The notes below the pieces were generated by a model. It was not told the DNA's origin. It did not search any database and saw only the letters and a program-made list of their open reading frames with translations. Below are positions 62,338 to 64,000 of a DNA stretch of 64,000 nt, one piece after another; position 1 is the first letter of the stretch; every line of letters starts with the position of its first letter. A program made the translations under genes and the position numbers. Origin of the DNA: Gemmatimonadales bacterium (GTDB lineage: Bacteria; Gemmatimonadota; Gemmatimonadetes; Gemmatimonadales; GWC2-71-9). Where the stretch lies: positions 160,001 to 224,000 of the forward strand of contig JBFJCP010000001.1 in NCBI GenBank assembly GCA_041615815.1, written 5' to 3'.

Positions 62338-62434
62338 GGGAGCGGATTGGGTCTGGTGGCCTGCACGGTCTTCAAAACCGCTGGGAGGCGCCTGAGGCGA
62401 CTTCGGTGGGTTCGATTCCCACACGCTCCCGCCA
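62338..62434 (+). tRNA. selC: tRNA-Sec (anticodon UCA)
   Basis: GGGAGCG/CGCTCCC acceptor stem + GCCA; long D-stem with TGGT loop; anticodon loop CTTCAAA; long variable arm; GTGGG-TTCGATT-CCCAC T arm. Confidence 0.93.
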
Positions 62435-62442
62435 TGACGACC

Positions 62443-62566
62443 GTGGGGAGTGAGGAGTGAGCAGTGCGGAACCAGGAGGCCGTGAGCTTTGTGCTGGGCC
62501 AGCGCCTCGCACCAGACCCCTCACGGGGGTGGGGAGGGTGAGCATCGCTCACTCCTTACCCTTCAC
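62443..62566. repeat. Degenerate heptamer tandem repeats forming a long inverted repeat after selC
   Basis: GTGGGGA GTGAGGA GTGAGCA GTGCGGA; 62450-62 can pair with GCTCACTCCTTAC at 62547-59. Confidence 0.6.
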
Positions 62567-62592
62567 TGGGGCGCGGGTGACAGGGTAGGACC

Positions 62593-63498
62593 ATGGCGGC
62601 CGTCTCCGCCCTCATCATTCTCAACCCGCAAGCCGGCGGCGGCCGCGCGAGAAACAGCGCTGCCCGTCTCCTCCGCCGTGCCCGCTCCCTGGGCTGGGAC
62701 GTGGCGCTTCGTCTGACGGAACACCCGGGACATGAAGTGTCGCTCGCGGAGGAAGGGCGGCGGGAGTCCTGGCCCCTGATCATCGCGGCCGGCGGGGACG
62801 GGACGGTGCACGGCGTCGCCAACGGACTGCTCGCGGACGGCAAGACCGACGTCGTCCTCGGACACGTGCCCATTGGCAACGGGAACGATTTCGCTCGGGC
62901 CATTGGCCTCGATTCGCGCTCGCCCGAAAAAAACCTCGCCGCCCTCGCCGCCGGGCGCGTGAAAACGCTCGACGTGGGCCAAGCACTCGGCGAGATCTTC
63001 GTCAATGGTCTGGGGGTGGGTTTCAGCGCCGCCGTGGTGAGCCGCCTTCTCGAGTTCAAGCACCTTCGCGGGTTCCCGCTGTACCTGGCCGCCACGTACC
63101 GGACGTTTGCGTCCTTCCAGGCGCCGATGCTGGACGTCAAGTCGGAGAGCCACGCCGAGCACGGACGTCTGATGATGGTGGAGGTCACCAACGGCCCCAC
63201 TGCCGGTGGCGGATTCCGGTTGACACCGGGCGCCACACCCGACGACGGGGTCTTTGACGTGTGTGTGATTCGCAAGGTCGGCCTCCTCCGGTTCCTGCGC
63301 TCGCTCCCCTCGGTCGTGCGGGGCACGCACGGGCGACTGGACGAGGTGACGCTGTTTCGCACACGCCATATCCGACTCGCCGGGTGCGCGGGCGAGCAGC
63401 TGACATATCACCTCGACGGCGAACTGCGAGAAGGGATCGGGGAACCCGTGGACGTGCGTCTGCTTCCTCAGCAACTCAAGGTGTTATGCGCGGGCTGA
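62593..63498 (+). CDS. Diacylglycerol/lipid kinase family (YegS-like)
   Basis: NPQAG, AGGDGTVHGV, GNGNDFA, DDG.FD and LDGE motifs. Confidence 0.93.
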   Translation: MAAVSALIILNPQAGGGRARNSAARLLRRARSLGWDVALRLTEHPGHEVSLAEEGRRESWPLIIAAGGDGTVHGVANGLLADGKTDVVLGHVPIGNGNDFARAIGLDSRSPEKNLAALAAGRVKTLDVGQALGEIFVNGLGVGFSAAVVSRLLEFKHLRGFPLYLAATYRTFASFQAPMLDVKSESHAEHGRLMMVEVTNGPTAGGGFRLTPGATPDDGVFDVCVIRKVGLLRFLRSLPSVVRGTHGRLDEVTLFRTRHIRLAGCAGEQLTYHLDGELREGIGEPVDVRLLPQQLKVLCAG

Positions 63499-63977
63499 TC
63501 GTGCTCGCTGCCCTCGTGTGCATGCCACTCGTCGCAGCACATGCGCAGGTGCCGCAACCCCCACCGCAACGCCAGCCCTCTCCGAGGGACACGATCAAAG
63601 TTCCCCAATTCCGTATCGATCCTCCGGTGTCCCCGCTTGGCGCCATGTGGCGCTCCCTGCTGCTTCCGGGCTGGGGGCAGTCGATTCTGGGCCGCCGCGT
63701 GACGGGAGCGGCGTTCATATTCTGGGAGGGGCTGACCATCGCAATGACGGCGAAGTCGATTGCCCAATTGGACTACCAGGAGGATGTCGAGGCCGAGACG
63801 GTCGCGGAAAAGCGCCAAGAGGTGCAGGACTGGGCCATTCTGTGGGGCTTCAACCACCTTCTGGCCGCCGCGGACGCGTTCGTCGCCGCGCAACTCTGGG
63901 ATTTTCCAACCGAGCTCGAGGCCCGGAGGCTCCCGAGCGGGGACACGGCGGTCGGGCTCAGAGTATATTGGGATTGA
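63486..63977 (+). CDS. Hypothetical membrane/secreted protein (DUF5683-like)
   Basis: Signal peptide; AMWRSLLLPGWGQ and ADAFVAAQL motifs. Confidence 0.75.
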   Translation: MRGLIVLAALVCMPLVAAHAQVPQPPPQRQPSPRDTIKVPQFRIDPPVSPLGAMWRSLLLPGWGQSILGRRVTGAAFIFWEGLTIAMTAKSIAQLDYQEDVEAETVAEKRQEVQDWAILWGFNHLLAAADAFVAAQLWDFPTELEARRLPSGDTAVGLRVYWD

Positions 63978-64000
63978 ATTGCTGGAGGACCGGCCCCGCC

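Noticed and set aside
62110..62552. Minus-strand ORFs across selC
   Set aside because: They overlap ridA and the tRNA; MWESNP-type translations are tRNA antisense artefacts
62434..64000. Integrative element at selC
   Set aside because: No integrase and no duplicated tRNA 3' end seen; the downstream genes look chromosomal

Overview
GC-rich bacterial chromosomal segment made up mostly of housekeeping operons; gene content and style suggest Gemmatimonadota (inference, not verified). In order: rpoZ-coaBC-udg-dnaB-ispD-sua5-LMW phosphatase-aroE-comF-gap-pgk-tpiA-secG-carA, an HU-like gene, a probable 6S RNA, moaD-moaE-trmL-mdh, an accessory block of secreted proteins (S8 protease, two beta-propellers, beta-barrel-NlpC/P60 fusion, M28 peptidase), CIRCE-controlled groES-groEL, a di-heme protein, a HEAT-repeat/HD-GYP pair, a roadblock-manC-glmU-like-walJ-like operon, serS-histidine kinase-pcrA-gatCAB, murA-pgeF, rimP-nusA-infB-rbfA-truB-ribF-secD-secF-tatD-fhs-ridA, and tRNA-Sec (selC). 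The strongest feature the ORF track misses is an AhpD-like selenoprotein (22311-22865): an in-frame TGA in a CxxU motif followed by a SECIS-like hairpin, with the UCA-anticodon tRNA in the same window. Other notable points: probable CTG start codons for carA and truB, a shared unnamed N-terminal domain in the HEAT/HD-GYP pair, MurA with the Cys-to-Asp fosfomycin-resistance signature, and a PTPS-II-type pterin synthase. No CRISPR array, rRNA or mobile element was seen. All calls come from reading motifs by eye; no database search was run.
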